Source of the DNA: Squalus acanthias
Lineage: Eukaryota
Length of the DNA stretch: 64,000 nt
Assembly (NCBI GenBank): GCA_030390025.1
Contig: CM059430.1
Coordinates: forward strand, 62,620,001 to 62,684,000
Direction: 5' to 3'
Under the pieces are notes generated by a model. It was not told the DNA's origin and did no database searches. It saw nothing but the letters and a program-made list of their open reading frames with translations. Below are positions 61,995-64,000 of the stretch, piece by piece. The position numbers were made by a program, and so were the translations under genes. The number at the start of each line of letters is the position of its first letter. Position 1 is the stretch's first letter.

Positions 61995-62694
61995 GTCCCA
62001 GATATTCCGATCGCTGGCCTCCCGCGAGCGGAGGACTGCGATCTGGAAAAATCTGCGCCCTTACCTGAGGGCTCCCGGGAGGCGCACAGTTCCGCTCCTT
62101 GGCCTCTCCAAACTGCCGGTGCGCAGGGCCCAGGTATCCCAGAGGCGCAGGTAGTTCGCAGCTTCCCTGGGATCATGTGGGCCATGGGGAGCCAATCAAA
62201 GAAGGGAATCTCCCTACATACATTTGACAGGAAGACCTGTCAAATATATGAATGGAGATCACCCCCAAAACATAGTAAAACTTTAAATAAATTTTAAAAA
62301 ACATCACATTTTTAAAATGACTTCAGAGTACAAATAAATTAAGTATTTTAAACAAAATTATAAATTTTTGAAAAAAATTATTAAAGTTTTTTACGGCGCT
62401 AAAAATAAATTTACCTTTTTTAAAAATATTTTTGAATGATAAATCAGTGAAAAAAAAAATTTTCAACACTTATCCTGGTAAAAGCAGACCCTACGCCTGC
62501 TTTTACCAGGCGCAAGAATTGTAAGGGTTTTCTGCGGGCGGAGGGTCTCCAAAAAGCGGAACTCATCGCCCGCAGAGGCACTTCTCCCGGGCAGCCGCAG
62601 CATACGCAGTGCATGCCTGAAACCGGCATTTCCGATGTCCCTGCGGGTGGGTACACAGGGCGTACCCACCCGTAGGGATCGGAATATCCGGCCC
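61995..62694 (+). mobile_element. MITE, related subfamily
   Basis: TIR cccagatattccgatc...gatcggaatatccgg; empty paralogous site at ~41805-41820. Confidence 0.8.
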
Positions 62695-64000
62695 ATTGTT
62701 CAACTTGTGTAAGAGCTTAGGTAGAACTATGGTAGAATAAAAAATAACTTAAAAGGCGCCGCCTAACTGACCAAGAATGGAGAGTTATTATTTGAGAAAC
62801 GTGGACTTCTTTAACTGGAGCACAAAAGATTGCTGAGTGGCTTGATAAAGGTTTTCAAACTACAAGTCGTTATGACAAGAAAACAGTGATAAGTTTTTTT
62901 CACTGTCCAGTAGACGGTGGCGAATGAGCACAACTTTAACATAATCGGAAAAAATAAACGGAGAGGTAAAATACTTTTTGCGCAGAGGTTGGTTAGAATA
63001 TGAGATGTGGCCGTCCTCTGCCAAAAAATGTTGCTGAATCACAGCCCAAGAGTTATTTTAGAATTGAATTAGTTGCTTGAAAACGAGGAATATTAACGAC
63101 TGTGCGAATCTAAATAGTAACTGGAACTAACTGAGTGGTTCACGTGGAGAGAAAAAAAGTGCAGTCTTTGTTTCTGAGCTGTAAAACGGTTGTTTATGCA
63201 CACAGTCATCAAGCCAGACGAGTTAGGCAGAACAAAAGGCAACGGATTCGCTTCGTTTTGTATTATCTTTACATTCGGAGCTAAACCCTTCGTCACTGGA
63301 ACTGTTCGGCGGCCTTTCATCCCGTAACTAGCCACACAATTTTCTAACCCGGTAATTCAAGTGATCTACTTCCTCAATACTCACAGCTTCATCAAGTAAA
63401 CTACGAGTTGCTTATAGCTGACGAGGCAGCCACGCTATTATAGATAACGTGTTGTAGTTCTATTCTGTCTCTTTAGGCTTGTTAATTCTCTAGTTGCGTG
63501 CCAAACAATACAACCTCCTTATATCTATATTATCCACGACTGTCAACATTTTAAAGGCCTGTTTCGTTCGGTCTTTTCTCCAATAAAAATGCATTACGCT
63601 CTGTAGAGCTTGTCTCACAACGTAAGTAGTATGTCCCGGATTCATTATTGTTGGTCGTCTTAGAACTCTCTGGAATCACTATCCTTTTCAAGAGACAGCC
63701 TAATGAGAACAATCGGGTAATTTGCTTTAGTAGCTTTAGAATCGCCTGCACACGAGTTCAGAACACGGTAACGCAACACATCAGTCAAAACTCAGGCTTT
63801 GCAGTTTTAGCCGAAAAAAGCAATAAATCAGGAATGGTTGATTGATAAGAGAGGTCGTATAACACCTATTTTTATTGACTTTATGTATGATAATAACTAG
63901 ATGCAGCAAAACAAATAGTGTATCATTACAGGGATTTGTCATCTGTGAAATACTATAGATTGATCAAAAATGTGCAAGGCAAGATCATTTTCTTACAAAT

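Larger units (their letters stand above)
52290..64000 (+). repeat. Older direct paralogous block of ~35300-42820 (tandem gene unit)
   Basis: Same order of shared segments: 52290-54600~36110-38360, 56210-57020~38590-39410, 58710-59080~39415-39790, 60780-61610~39800-40625, 61615-64000~41445-42820. Confidence 0.8.

Overview
This is vertebrate genomic DNA, most likely from a shark or other cartilaginous fish, inferred from the CR1, L2, Penelope and Deu-SINE repeat content. Most ORFs in the supplied track are retroelement fragments or noise. Reading splice sites directly reveals a cluster of immunoglobulin-superfamily receptor genes with leader, germline-joined VJ, C1, transmembrane (TM) and cytoplasmic exons, and no RSS. 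Gene A (+, 5934-10292) and gene C (-, 43925-48303) are intact ~274-aa paralogues on the arms of a >=13.9-kb inverted duplication. Both have Arg and Asp in the TM exon, a short tail, and only decayed relics of ITIM exons. Gene B (-, 15714-27871) is a pseudogene with an uncharged TM and duplicated tail exons carrying ITIM/ITSM-type motifs (VHYAAL, LTYxTL, TEYAQL). An orphan Arg-containing TM-like exon lies at 32670-32789, and flank homology predicts a fourth copy just past the right edge. Together this looks like a paired activating/inhibitory, non-rearranging antigen-receptor-like family. Other elements include five PIF/Harbinger-type MITEs, a 1.67-kb solo LTR, two Penelope fragments (one with a hammerhead-like core) and a young CR1. 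Gene models come from manual reading without transcript data.
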